Assembly (NCBI GenBank): GCA_910588145.1
Contig: CAJUPO010000002.1
Coordinates: 32,871 to 96,870 of the forward strand
Length of the DNA: 64,000 bases
Direction of reading: 5' to 3'
From: an uncultured Oscillospiraceae bacterium
GTDB lineage: Bacteria > Bacillota > Clostridia > Oscillospirales > Ruminococcaceae
The translations under genes were made by a program, and so were the position numbers. Position 1 is the stretch's first letter. Each line of letters starts with the position of its first letter. Positions 54,322 through 63,348 of the stretch are shown piece after piece. The notes beneath the pieces were generated by a model, which was not told where the DNA came from, ran no database searches, and saw only the letters and a list, made by a program, of their open reading frames with translations.

Positions 54322-54564
54322 ATGGCAGTTAAAATAAGACTCAGAAGAATGGGCGCTAAGAAGGCTCCTTTTTATCGTATAGTTGTTGCTGACTCAAGAT
54401 ATCCAAGAGACGGCAGATTTATCGAGGAGATCGGCTACTATGATCCTACAAAGGAACCGTCAGTTGTAAACGTTGACGCTGAAAAGGCTAAGAAGTGGAT
54501 TGCTGACGGAGCACAGCCAACAGATACTGTAAAGGTTATCCTTAAGAATAACGGCGTGCTTTAA
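54322..54564 (+). CDS. rpsP: 30S ribosomal protein S16
   Basis: [26 protein letters not shown]. Confidence 0.98.
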   Translation: MAVKIRLRRMGAKKAPFYRIVVADSRYPRDGRFIEEIGYYDPTKEPSVVNVDAEKAKKWIADGAQPTDTVKVILKNNGVL

Positions 54565-54643
54565 TCCGTATAAACGGGGGTACTGACAGGGCAGGAGTGG
54601 CAAAGACTCTTGCCGTGGGCAGCCTTATGGAGGAAACAGATTC

Positions 54644-54877
54644 ATGAAGGAATTGTTATTTTCAATTGTTGAAGAACTTGTCGAGGACAAGTCTGCTATA
54701 AAAATCATTGAGGATGCACCAGACGCTGACGGCGTTATTGTATTTCATTTGAATGTAGCCCCTGATGATATGGGCAGAGTTATAGGAAAACAGGGCAGGA
54801 TCGCTAAGGCTATACGTACCATAATGCGTGCCGGCGCTGCCAGATGCAACATAAAGGTTGCAGTTGAAATAGACTGA
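54644..54877 (+). CDS. khpA: KH-domain RNA-binding protein KhpA
   Basis: DMGRVIGKQGRIAKAIRT. Confidence 0.93.
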   Translation: MKELLFSIVEELVEDKSAIKIIEDAPDADGVIVFHLNVAPDDMGRVIGKQGRIAKAIRTIMRAGAARCNIKVAVEID

Positions 54878-54926
54878 TTTCAGGCGGCAGGAGCCGCCTT
54901 TTGTTATATAAAGGGAGTAAAGCCTT

Positions 54927-55436
54927 ATGAAAAGTAAGTTTATAGAAACGGGTAAAATAGTAAATATACACGGGCTAAGAGGCGAAGTTAAAGTGATGCC
55001 GTGGAGCGATAGTCCTGATTTTATTTGTCAGTTTGATGTTATCCATGTTGGAAAGCTGAAAAAACCCTATGTTGTTGAATATGCAAGAGTACATAAAAAT
55101 TCTGTACTGATAAAGTTTAAAGGAATAGATACCCCGGAAGCCGCTAACAATATGAGAAGTGATATAATTTATCTCAGACGTGAAGATATTAAGCTTGAAG
55201 AGGGCGTATATTTTGTCAGCGACATCTTAGGAATGACGGTGAAGGATTCCTCAGACGGTAGAGTTTACGGTAAAATTATTGATGTACATAAGACAGGCGC
55301 CAATGATGTCTATGAAATAGAAAAGGACGGAAAAAGTTACCTAATTCCTGCAATACCTGATGTAATAGTATCAATTGATATAGAAAATTCTGTTATGGTA
55401 ATAAGTCCGCTGGAGGGCCTTTTTAATGAGAATTGA
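54927..55436 (+). CDS. rimM: Ribosome maturation factor RimM
   Basis: GKIVNIHGLRGEVK, TGANDVY. Confidence 0.95.
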   Translation: MKSKFIETGKIVNIHGLRGEVKVMPWSDSPDFICQFDVIHVGKLKKPYVVEYARVHKNSVLIKFKGIDTPEAANNMRSDIIYLRREDIKLEEGVYFVSDILGMTVKDSSDGRVYGKIIDVHKTGANDVYEIEKDGKSYLIPAIPDVIVSIDIENSVMVISPLEGLFNEN

Positions 55437-56136
55437 CATAGCAACGCTTTTTCCGGAAATGTGTGAGGCTGTTCTTTCAGAAAGCATAGTCGGAAGAGCA
55501 AGGAAAAAAGGCGCAATAGAGGTTTACTGTCATCAGATAAGGGACTACACCTGCGATAAGCACAGAAGAGTGGACGATATACCATACGGCGGCGGAATGG
55601 GTATGGTAATGCAGGCAGAGCCTATTTATAACTGCTATAAGGCTGTTTGTGAACAGACAGGAATAAAGCCGCATACAATATATATGACCCCGAAAGGAAG
55701 CGTTTTTAACCAGAAAAAAGCTATTGAACTTTCAAAAATGAATAATTTACTGGTTTTGTGCGGACATTATGAAGGGGTCGATCAGCGTATTATTGATAAG
55801 ATAGTTGATGAGGAAATATCTATCGGAGACTATGTGCTTACAGGCGGCGAACTGCCGGCTGCTGTCCTGACGGACGCCGTAGCAAGAATGTGCAGCGGAG
55901 TATTGTCAAGCGCTGAATGCTATGAGGACGAAAGCCATTTCAGCGGTCTTCTTGAATATCCTCAGTATACTCGTCCGGAGATCTGGGAGGGCGAAGCTGT
56001 TCCGCCTGTACTGCTGTCAGGGCACCATAAAAACATAGCCGATTGGCGGCTGGAACAGAGCCTTAAAATTACCAGTGAAAAACGTCCGGATATGTACGAA
56101 AAGTTTGAAAAAGAGAGAAATAAACATAAGAAATGA
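55426..56136 (+). CDS. trmD: tRNA (guanine37-N1)-methyltransferase
   Basis: PYGGGMGM, CGHYEGVDQR, SIGDYVLTGGE, YPQYTRP. Confidence 0.97.
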   Translation: MRIDIATLFPEMCEAVLSESIVGRARKKGAIEVYCHQIRDYTCDKHRRVDDIPYGGGMGMVMQAEPIYNCYKAVCEQTGIKPHTIYMTPKGSVFNQKKAIELSKMNNLLVLCGHYEGVDQRIIDKIVDEEISIGDYVLTGGELPAAVLTDAVARMCSGVLSSAECYEDESHFSGLLEYPQYTRPEIWEGEAVPPVLLSGHHKNIADWRLEQSLKITSEKRPDMYEKFEKERNKHKK

Positions 56137-56401
56137 TTTGTTTATAGTAGATATAAAAAAATGTTGAAAATTGTATATAGTGAATAGAATTGATTAACAG
56201 TATTATACGTTAGTTAATATAAACAAATATGCAGCTATTGAAAAAGTCAACATTAACTAAAGCGTAGAATTTTTTGTGAAATGGCATATTTCATGTAAAA
56301 TAATCGTTGACTATGTGAAAAATAGCTTGTATAATTAAATATAGAGTTTACAAAAATAATTACATTTGTGACATTTTATATGAAAGATAGGAGAGTTTAT
56401 T

Positions 56402-56668
56402 ATGTTTGTTAAAGATGTAATGGTTCAGAATCAGGTGGGTTTGCACGCAAGACCAGCTACTTTCTTTATTCAGAAAGCAAATGAATTTAAATCTTCAATT
56501 TGGATTGAAAAGGAAGAACGCAGGGTTAATGCAAAGAGCCTTCTCGGTATCCTTTCTCTGGGAATCGTTGGCGGCACAGCAATCAGAATCATTGCTGACG
56601 GTTCAGATGAGCAGCAGGCAGTTGATTCTCTTGTTGAATTAGTAGAAAGCGGATTCAGCAACAGCTGA
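56402..56668 (+). CDS. ptsH: HPr-family phosphocarrier protein
   Basis: GLHARPA (His15) and NAKS (Ser46). Confidence 0.9.
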   Translation: MFVKDVMVQNQVGLHARPATFFIQKANEFKSSIWIEKEERRVNAKSLLGILSLGIVGGTAIRIIADGSDEQQAVDSLVELVESGFSNS

Positions 56669-56727
56669 TTGCAGTCTTGTTAAAGACAGCGATTTTGGGG
56701 CGTTACTTGCAGTAACGCCCTTTACTG

Positions 56728-57933
56728 TTAATTGGCAATGCCGGATTCATACATATTTTCACAGAAAATAGCGTATCCCATTGTTGGATCGCTTACAAAA
56801 ACATGGGTAACAGCTCCGATAAGCTTTCCGTCCTGGATAATCGGACTACCGCTCATTCCCTGAACGATTCCGCCGGTCTTAGACAACAGCTCTTCATCGG
56901 TTACTCTTATAATCATATTTTTTGTATCAGTGTTTTTCTGATTTATCTTTTCAATAGATATTTCATACTTTTTAGGTCCGTTTTCGTCTATGGTAGTATA
57001 AATTTCTGCATAGCCGGTTTTAACTTCCTGCTTAAGACCCATTGGAATGGCGCCGCTGCTTGAAATATCTTTTAGCATTTCTCCGTAAACGCCGAATTTA
57101 TTGTTGAAATAAATTACGCCAGAGGAATTATCTGAAATAAATGTTCCTCTTAATTCTCCGGGCGCTCCGCTGGTTCCTGGAATAACACCGTTTATTCTTA
57201 CGTCAACAGCCTCGCCTGACGATATGGGTACGATCTCTCCGGTGTCTGAGTCACATACAGGGTGCCCCAGACCGCCGAATCTGCCCGTTTCAGGCTCGTA
57301 AAATGTAACGGTACCTACGCCGGCTGTGCTGTCCCTGACCCACATACCAGCCTTGTAGCAGCTGTCACTGAGAGAAAAAGCTGGAGTAAGAGATGTCATT
57401 ATCTCCTCTCCGTCACGGATTAACTTTACCTTCATGGAATCACCGCCGGAATCCGCAACTGCATTTTGTATATCAGAATTGGAAGAAACTTCTTCACCGT
57501 CGATAGTAAGGATTATATCACCTTTTTTAATTCCGCAGTCATCGGCAGGTGAGATCATGCCGTCCTGGGATCTGATTTCACCGGTATCTATAACCATTAC
57601 GCCGTCCATAAGAAGCTTTATTCCGAATGGATCGCCGCCGGGAACAAGAACAGGTGTTTCCACTGTATGAAGTTCAACGTCCTTTACGGGAATAACTCCG
57701 AACAGCTTTAGTGAAGCTGCTGTTGTAGTCGGATATGTTTCTCCGGCAAAAGACGCCAGAGTTTCGTTTTCCGGACTTGCTGAGATGTCGAATACTGTTG
57801 ATAGCTCAAGCTGCTTACCCTTTTCTACATAATAACTGTCAGGAAGATTAAGAGCATAATATCCGGCAACTGAACAGATATTAATGACAGACAGCGTCAG
57901 AATTCCAAATGAAATTTTAAAAAGTTTTTTCAT
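56728..57933 (-). CDS. spoIVB: SpoIVB peptidase (S55) with PDZ domain; start revised to ATG 57933
   Basis: GMWVRDSTAGVGT, LGHP, GGIVQGMSGSP, GAVTHV. Confidence 0.95.
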   Translation of the reverse strand: MKKLFKISFGILTLSVINICSVAGYYALNLPDSYYVEKGKQLELSTVFDISASPENETLASFAGETYPTTTAASLKLFGVIPVKDVELHTVETPVLVPGGDPFGIKLLMDGVMVIDTGEIRSQDGMISPADDCGIKKGDIILTIDGEEVSSNSDIQNAVADSGGDSMKVKLIRDGEEIMTSLTPAFSLSDSCYKAGMWVRDSTAGVGTVTFYEPETGRFGGLGHPVCDSDTGEIVPISSGEAVDVRINGVIPGTSGAPGELRGTFISDNSSGVIYFNNKFGVYGEMLKDISSSGAIPMGLKQEVKTGYAEIYTTIDENGPKKYEISIEKINQKNTDTKNMIIRVTDEELLSKTGGIVQGMSGSPIIQDGKLIGAVTHVFVSDPTMGYAIFCENMYESGIAN

Positions 57934-58659
57934 GTTTTGATGTCCTTTCATTTTGCCTTTATATTTTTCTGATAATACTATTGGCATAACTTCAGAACTT
58001 TATTAATGAAAAATGAGGACGGTATTTTACTAAATTTTTTTTATGCGTTTTTATTATAATAAAATTGAATTGTTGGTGATAAACATGAAAAATAAAATGG
58101 AACCTATTACAGATTAGGAAAGAATTTTTAAGAAAGCAACTTAAAGAATGAAAATTGCGGCAAATTTGACAATCGCCATTAATTCATGTATTTTCAATGT
58201 TCTGTATGCTGCGGGCTGGATTTACAATCTGCCTGACTACGGAGCAATATATAAGTTTTCTGGTAAATTTATAATTTTTTCAGAACTGTAGCGGCGTTTT
58301 CTGCGTTTACCTGCTGTAATAAATTATGTAACGGCATTGTAACGGAGGATATTAGATATGAAATTCATTAAAAATAATTCTGACGAATTAGGGTGAAGCC
58401 GCTTTCGGATAGTTGAAAAAGGATAAAATATGCCTGAAAGGGAAATGCTGGTTGATTTAATTGAAATGGCTTAAAAACCATATTAAAATGTTTACATAAA
58501 ATTTAATTTGTCAGAAAAAGTAAACGAATTAACGATTTATCTATACTTTATTTACAAATACCACCAAAAAATGATAAAATGAATTAATAATTGCTATTGC
58601 ACTAAGCTGAAACATGTGTTAATATATTGAAGTAGAAAAAAATCAGGAGGTAGAACAAA

Positions 58660-59430
58660 ATGATAAATAAGATCAAGGTTTTGATAGGAGATGACAGTGT
58701 TGAATACGGCATTGCATGCGCCAGTACTCTCAGAGGAATGGGAATGTATGCCGTAACAAGACCAAAGGACGGAAATGTGCTGTTTGAGACTATAAAAAAT
58801 GACAGCCCTGACGTCGTTGTGGTTGACGCAATACTTCCGCATATTGATGCGATCGAATTAATAAAGAAAGTTCAGGCACTGGGCGGTAAAAAACCGGAAT
58901 TTATCGTTACATCTTCTTACGACAATCCGTTTATTGAAAGGCAGGTAATGCAGAACGGCGCGGCATATTTTATGCTTAAGCCATTTGACATCAATTCCCT
59001 TGGAGAAAGAATAATCTCCCTTATGATGCATGGGGCTCCGGGTGAGGGCGGTTCCGGCAACGGTCAGGATATGGAGGTAATTGTTACTGAAGTTATCCAT
59101 CAGCTTGGAGTTCCTGCACATATCAAGGGCTATCATTATCTGAGAGAGGCAATTTTAGCTTCACTTGATAACAGCGAGCTGCTTGAAAGTGTTACAAAAA
59201 TGCTTTATCCTACTGTGGCTAAAAAGTTTGATACAACTTCTTCAAGAGTGGAAAGAGCCATTAGACACGCAATCGAAATTGCATGGGACAGAGGTAATCT
59301 TGATACCCTTAACTCATTCTTCGGATACACAGTTAATACCTGCAAGGGCAAACCTACCAATTCGGAATTTATTGCACTGATTACTGATAAACTGAGACTT
59401 CAGTACAAACCTGTTCTTAAGAGGGCATAA
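58660..59430 (+). CDS. spo0A: Sporulation master regulator Spo0A
   Basis: Receiver domain plus [36 protein letters not shown]. Confidence 0.97.
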   Translation: MINKIKVLIGDDSVEYGIACASTLRGMGMYAVTRPKDGNVLFETIKNDSPDVVVVDAILPHIDAIELIKKVQALGGKKPEFIVTSSYDNPFIERQVMQNGAAYFMLKPFDINSLGERIISLMMHGAPGEGGSGNGQDMEVIVTEVIHQLGVPAHIKGYHYLREAILASLDNSELLESVTKMLYPTVAKKFDTTSSRVERAIRHAIEIAWDRGNLDTLNSFFGYTVNTCKGKPTNSEFIALITDKLRLQYKPVLKRA

Positions 59431-59508
59431 TTTATTTATTTTTCGCTTGTAATATTTTCATTTTTGTGGTAATATGTTATTGATATATTACCCGAAAGGA
59501 ATGATTTT

Positions 59509-60015
59509 ATGAATTTTGTAAAAAAGGATATTTACAAAGAAGAAAAAATGAATCCGTTTAACCTTATCGGAAAGAAATGGTTTCTCATTACAAGCGGCGA
59601 TGAGAGCGGCTATAATACTATGACTGCTTCCTGGGGGCAGATGGGTATTTTATGGAATAAACCTGTAATTACTGCATTTGTCCGTCCCAACAGAAAAACC
59701 TTTGAATTTATGGAGAATAATGAATACTTTACGATTTCATTTTTCAGTGAGGATTACCGTAGTGCACTGAGCTTCTGCGGGTCACATTCCGGACGTGACT
59801 GCGACAAGGCTAAGGAAACAGGTCTGACTCCGATGTTTATAGATGGTACAACTGCTTTTGAAGAGGCTGAAATGGTTCTTGTTTGCAGAAAGGTCTATAC
59901 AGACGCTCTTGAAGAAAACGGATTTCTTGACAAGAGTTTTCTGAGCTTTTATGATAAGGATCCGTATCACAAAGCCTTTACCGGAGAAATTACTGCTGTT
60001 TACATAAAGGAATAA
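59509..60015 (+). CDS. Flavin reductase-like (flavoredoxin) protein
   Basis: NTMTASWG, VRPNRKT, CGSHSGRDCDK. Confidence 0.88.
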   Translation: MNFVKKDIYKEEKMNPFNLIGKKWFLITSGDESGYNTMTASWGQMGILWNKPVITAFVRPNRKTFEFMENNEYFTISFFSEDYRSALSFCGSHSGRDCDKAKETGLTPMFIDGTTAFEEAEMVLVCRKVYTDALEENGFLDKSFLSFYDKDPYHKAFTGEITAVYIKE

Positions 60016-60155
60016 ATTTCAAGGTTTTCTATGTTGCGGAATTATATTATGTAAAATTAATTTGAACTGACAGACGGATTAAAATTCGTCTGTTTTTTTA
60101 ATATCATTTAAAAAAAGACAGAAAAAACAGCAGACAGTTATGTCTGCTGTTTTAT

Positions 60156-60758
60156 TTACATTTCATTTCTGTTTTCCAATGCTTTATAAAGCGTAACTTC
60201 ATCCGCATATTCAAGCTGACCCCCGACAGGGATACCGAATGCAAGACGAGTCACCATTACCCCCATAGGCTTGAGCAGACGTGCGATGTACATAGCCGTT
60301 GCTTCGCCTTCAACCGTTGGATTAGTTGCCATGATAATTTCAGTAATGTTATTTTTGTTTATTCTATCAAGGAGCTCCCTGAGCTTAATGTCATCAGGTC
60401 CAACGCTGTTAATGGGAGATATAAGCCCGTGCAATACATGATATGTACCATTGTACTCGTTAGTACGTTCAAAGGCAGTGACATCCTTTGGAGTCTCTAC
60501 AACGCATATAACGGAGCTGTCACGCCGGCTGTCCGAACAAATTGGACAAAGGTCAAACTCTGTGAGATTTTGGCACTGAGTGCAGTATCCTACGTCCTGC
60601 TTAGCGGAAATAATAGCTTCTGCAAATTTTTTTGCTTCTTCATCACTCATTGAAATTACTGCATAAGCAAGCCGCTGAGCAGTTTTCATGCCGATGCCAG
60701 GCAGTTTAGCGAACTGTTCTGATAAAACAATAAGCGGCAAAGCGTTATGTTCAGCCAT
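60156..60758 (-). CDS. recR: Recombination mediator RecR
   Basis: LPGIG HhH, C4 zinc finger, TOPRIM ATNPTVEGEATA. Confidence 0.97.
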   Translation of the reverse strand: MAEHNALPLIVLSEQFAKLPGIGMKTAQRLAYAVISMSDEEAKKFAEAIISAKQDVGYCTQCQNLTEFDLCPICSDSRRDSSVICVVETPKDVTAFERTNEYNGTYHVLHGLISPINSVGPDDIKLRELLDRINKNNITEIIMATNPTVEGEATAMYIARLLKPMGVMVTRLAFGIPVGGQLEYADEVTLYKALENRNEM

Positions 60759-60761
60759 ATT

Positions 60762-61106
60762 TTAGAACAGACCCGGAAGTGAAACTCCGCCGGTGATCTT
60801 ATTCATTTCTTCTTCAGTAGTTTTTTCAACAGTAGTCATTGCTTCGTTAATAGCGCTTATGATAAGGTCCTGAAGCATATCAATATCTTCCGGATCAACA
60901 ACCTCCGGCTTAATATTAAGGCTCTTAATATTTTTAGCGCCTGTAACAACAACTTCAACAGCGCCGCCGCCGGCAGTCGCTGAAAATTCTCTTGCTTCAA
61001 TGTCAGTCTGAAGCTCAGTGATTTCGTCCTGCATCTTCTGAGCCTGTTTAATCATTGAATTCATATTCTGGGCGCCGCCCATATTTTTTGGCAATCTTGA
61101 TTTCAT
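60762..61106 (-). CDS. ebfC: YbaB/EbfC nucleoid-associated protein
   Basis: KQAQKMQ, AGGGAV, DMLQDLII. Confidence 0.94.
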   Translation of the reverse strand: MKSRLPKNMGGAQNMNSMIKQAQKMQDEITELQTDIEAREFSATAGGGAVEVVVTGAKNIKSLNIKPEVVDPEDIDMLQDLIISAINEAMTTVEKTTEEEMNKITGGVSLPGLF

Positions 61107-61153
61107 AATGATAAATCTCCTTTAATTTTACATTATAATATTATATTTAATTT

Positions 61154-62764
61154 TTATTCAACAGCAGTTTCAATACCGCTGTTTAAAGCTTTTTCAATCA
61201 AATTGTCCGCTTTTTTTTCTTCAGCTGCGGCAGCGGAACATTTTGCTCTTATAACATAGGCTTTGCCCATGACGCTTACGACTGCTCTGTTTAGAGCTTC
61301 TGCATTATTTTTTTCCTTAAATATCTTAAGAAAGAATTTATTTTTTGAATCTATAAGCATAATGTTTTTAAAAACAAACGCTCTGGAATCCTTAAGCGCT
61401 CCGGAAACTGCCGGATTGCTGCGTCTTAAAACGTCGAGTATTTCAAGCCATTCTGCAAGAGGATGAAAATCCGAGGCTCTAAGCTTTGACATATCAACGT
61501 CAGCAGGGGGAGCAGCGGTCTGAGCCGAGCCGGCTGTATTTTGTCTGTCAGTTGTTTTTTGTTCAAAAGCAGCTGATACAGTCGGCTGTACCGGCTGAGC
61601 CTGAACGCTGGTGCGTACAGAATTACTGTCCGACTGTTTTATTTTATCATAAATCTGTGAATTGTCAATAGTTTTTTGTGAAATCTGACCTGAACAAAGC
61701 TTTATGAGGCACATTTCAAGTTCAACCCGCCTGTTTACGGATTTAGCCATTTTTTCCGTACATTCCTGTAAGATACTAAGGTCAGACATAATATCGTTAA
61801 GTGTAAAACGGGCTGATATTTCAGCGAGTCTATCGGTTTCGTCCGGCATACAGGAAAGCAGATTTTTATTTTCCGGACAAACCTTTAAAAGCATAAGATT
61901 TCTGAATTGCTCGGTAAGTTCAGTACAAAGCTTCTGCATATCCTTGGACATAGCATATAGCCTGTCCGCCACTGCGAGAGCAGACGGCATATCTTTTTTA
62001 GCTGAAGCTTCAATAATATCAAACAGACTTTCACGTCCGGCAACGCCGGCAGCGTCGGAAACCGTATCGCATGAAATATGCTCAGAACAGGCAGCGCACT
62101 GATCAAGCAGAGAAAGTGCGTCTCTCATTCCGCCGTCGGAGAGCCTTGCAATAAGCTGAGCGGCGTTCTCATCAAGTTCAATATTTTCCCGGGACGCAAT
62201 AAACATAAGTCTTTGGGTAATATCAGAAACCTGGATCCTATGGAAGTCGAATCTCTGACACCTTGAAACAATAGTAGCAGGAACCTTATGCAGTTCGGTT
62301 GTTGCAAGTATAAATTTTACAAACTCAGGCGGTTCCTCCATAATTTTAAGAAGGGCGTTAAATGCAGCAGTGCTGAGCATATGCACCTCGTCTATAATAT
62401 AGACCTTGTATCTGCACCGCTCCGGCGTATAAATCGCTGCGTCTCTCAGGTTTCTTATATCGTCAACTCTGCTGTTTGAAGCAGCGTCTATTTCAATTAT
62501 ATCTGATAGCGAAAAATCGTCAGCGTCTTGGCATATACTGCATTCAAGACATGGATTTCCGTTATCATGTTCAGGGCAATTGACAGCTTTTGCAAAAATT
62601 CTTGCACAGGTTGTTTTACCGGTTCCTCTTGAACCTGTAAAAAGATATGCGTGTGCAGTTTTATCATTTTTAATTTGATTTTTCAGGGTAGCCGTAATAT
62701 GAGGCTGCGACAGCACGTCATCAAAGGATTTAGGCCGCCATTTTCTGTATAACGCCTTATAAAT
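61154..62764 (-). CDS. dnaX: DNA polymerase III subunit gamma/tau; probable ATT start
   Basis: ALYRKWRP, GSRGTGKTT, zinc finger, IIDEVHML, SRC. Confidence 0.96.
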   Translation of the reverse strand: MYKALYRKWRPKSFDDVLSQPHITATLKNQIKNDKTAHAYLFTGSRGTGKTTCARIFAKAVNCPEHDNGNPCLECSICQDADDFSLSDIIEIDAASNSRVDDIRNLRDAAIYTPERCRYKVYIIDEVHMLSTAAFNALLKIMEEPPEFVKFILATTELHKVPATIVSRCQRFDFHRIQVSDITQRLMFIASRENIELDENAAQLIARLSDGGMRDALSLLDQCAACSEHISCDTVSDAAGVAGRESLFDIIEASAKKDMPSALAVADRLYAMSKDMQKLCTELTEQFRNLMLLKVCPENKNLLSCMPDETDRLAEISARFTLNDIMSDLSILQECTEKMAKSVNRRVELEMCLIKLCSGQISQKTIDNSQIYDKIKQSDSNSVRTSVQAQPVQPTVSAAFEQKTTDRQNTAGSAQTAAPPADVDMSKLRASDFHPLAEWLEILDVLRRSNPAVSGALKDSRAFVFKNIMLIDSKNKFFLKIFKEKNNAEALNRAVVSVMGKAYVIRAKCSAAAAEEKKADNLIEKALNSGIETAVE

Positions 62765-62796
62765 AGTCCGCACCTCCAGAAAAATATAATAAAAAA

Positions 62797-62950
62797 TCCG
62801 GAACATAGGTGTGCAGGCTGACTGCGGCACACAAAACGATCCGCTTAATGCTGCTCGGTTCCCCGCCTGACATGGTTCACGGTGTTTCATTGCACAGGGC
62901 CCGCACACCTATATTCCGGAATAGGTCTGCTGTATGACCTTAAATAACTT
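62797..62950 (-). ncRNA. ffs: SRP RNA (ffs/scr)
   Basis: Domain IV TCAGG-CGGGGAACCG-AGCAGC; long closing stem TCCGGAATATAGGTGTGC/GCACACCTATGTTCCGGA; promoter TTGAAA-17-TATAAT at 62986-62958; scr-dnaX-ebfC-recR synteny. Confidence 0.92.
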
Positions 62951-63187
62951 CCTTAACATTATACCACATTAAAAAAAAAATTTCAATAGGATTTGTAAAA
63001 TTTTATTATTCGCAGTCCTGTTAAATAAAAAATACAGCATAATTTATACCTTTTTAACAATATACAGGCGGCAAAGTAAAACTTTTTTGTGCGGAATTTT
63101 GTGAAAAATTATAGCCAAGATTGAAAAAATATGATATAATATATAAGTGAAAATTATTATTAACATTGAATACGGAGGATGGCACTT

Positions 63188-63313
63188 ATGAAAACAGCTT
63201 TAAAAGTATTGATGGTTATTTTTTCGGCAGCAGCGGTTACAGCAGGAGTCATAGCTGCCATTTCGGTCTGCAAAAGCAAGTCACGTAAAAAGTATATTAC
63301 CATCTGCGATTAA
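63188..63313 (+). CDS. 41-aa small single-TM protein (below the ORF-track cut-off)
   Basis: SD GGAGG; MKTALKVLMVIFSAAAVTAGVIAAISVCKSKSRKKYITICD. Confidence 0.7.
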   Translation: MKTALKVLMVIFSAAAVTAGVIAAISVCKSKSRKKYITICD

Positions 63314-63348
63314 AAAGCAGATTTTATTTAAAAAGGGGCATGAATAAA

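Noticed and set aside
61208..61222. A8G run in dnaX as an E. coli-type -1 frameshift site for a gamma subunit
   Set aside because: Lies under 20 codons from the stop with no evident stimulatory hairpin; it would not give a gamma-like product
62765..62908. 48-aa N-terminal extension of DnaX in the ORF track
   Set aside because: This is the SRP RNA sequence read as codons
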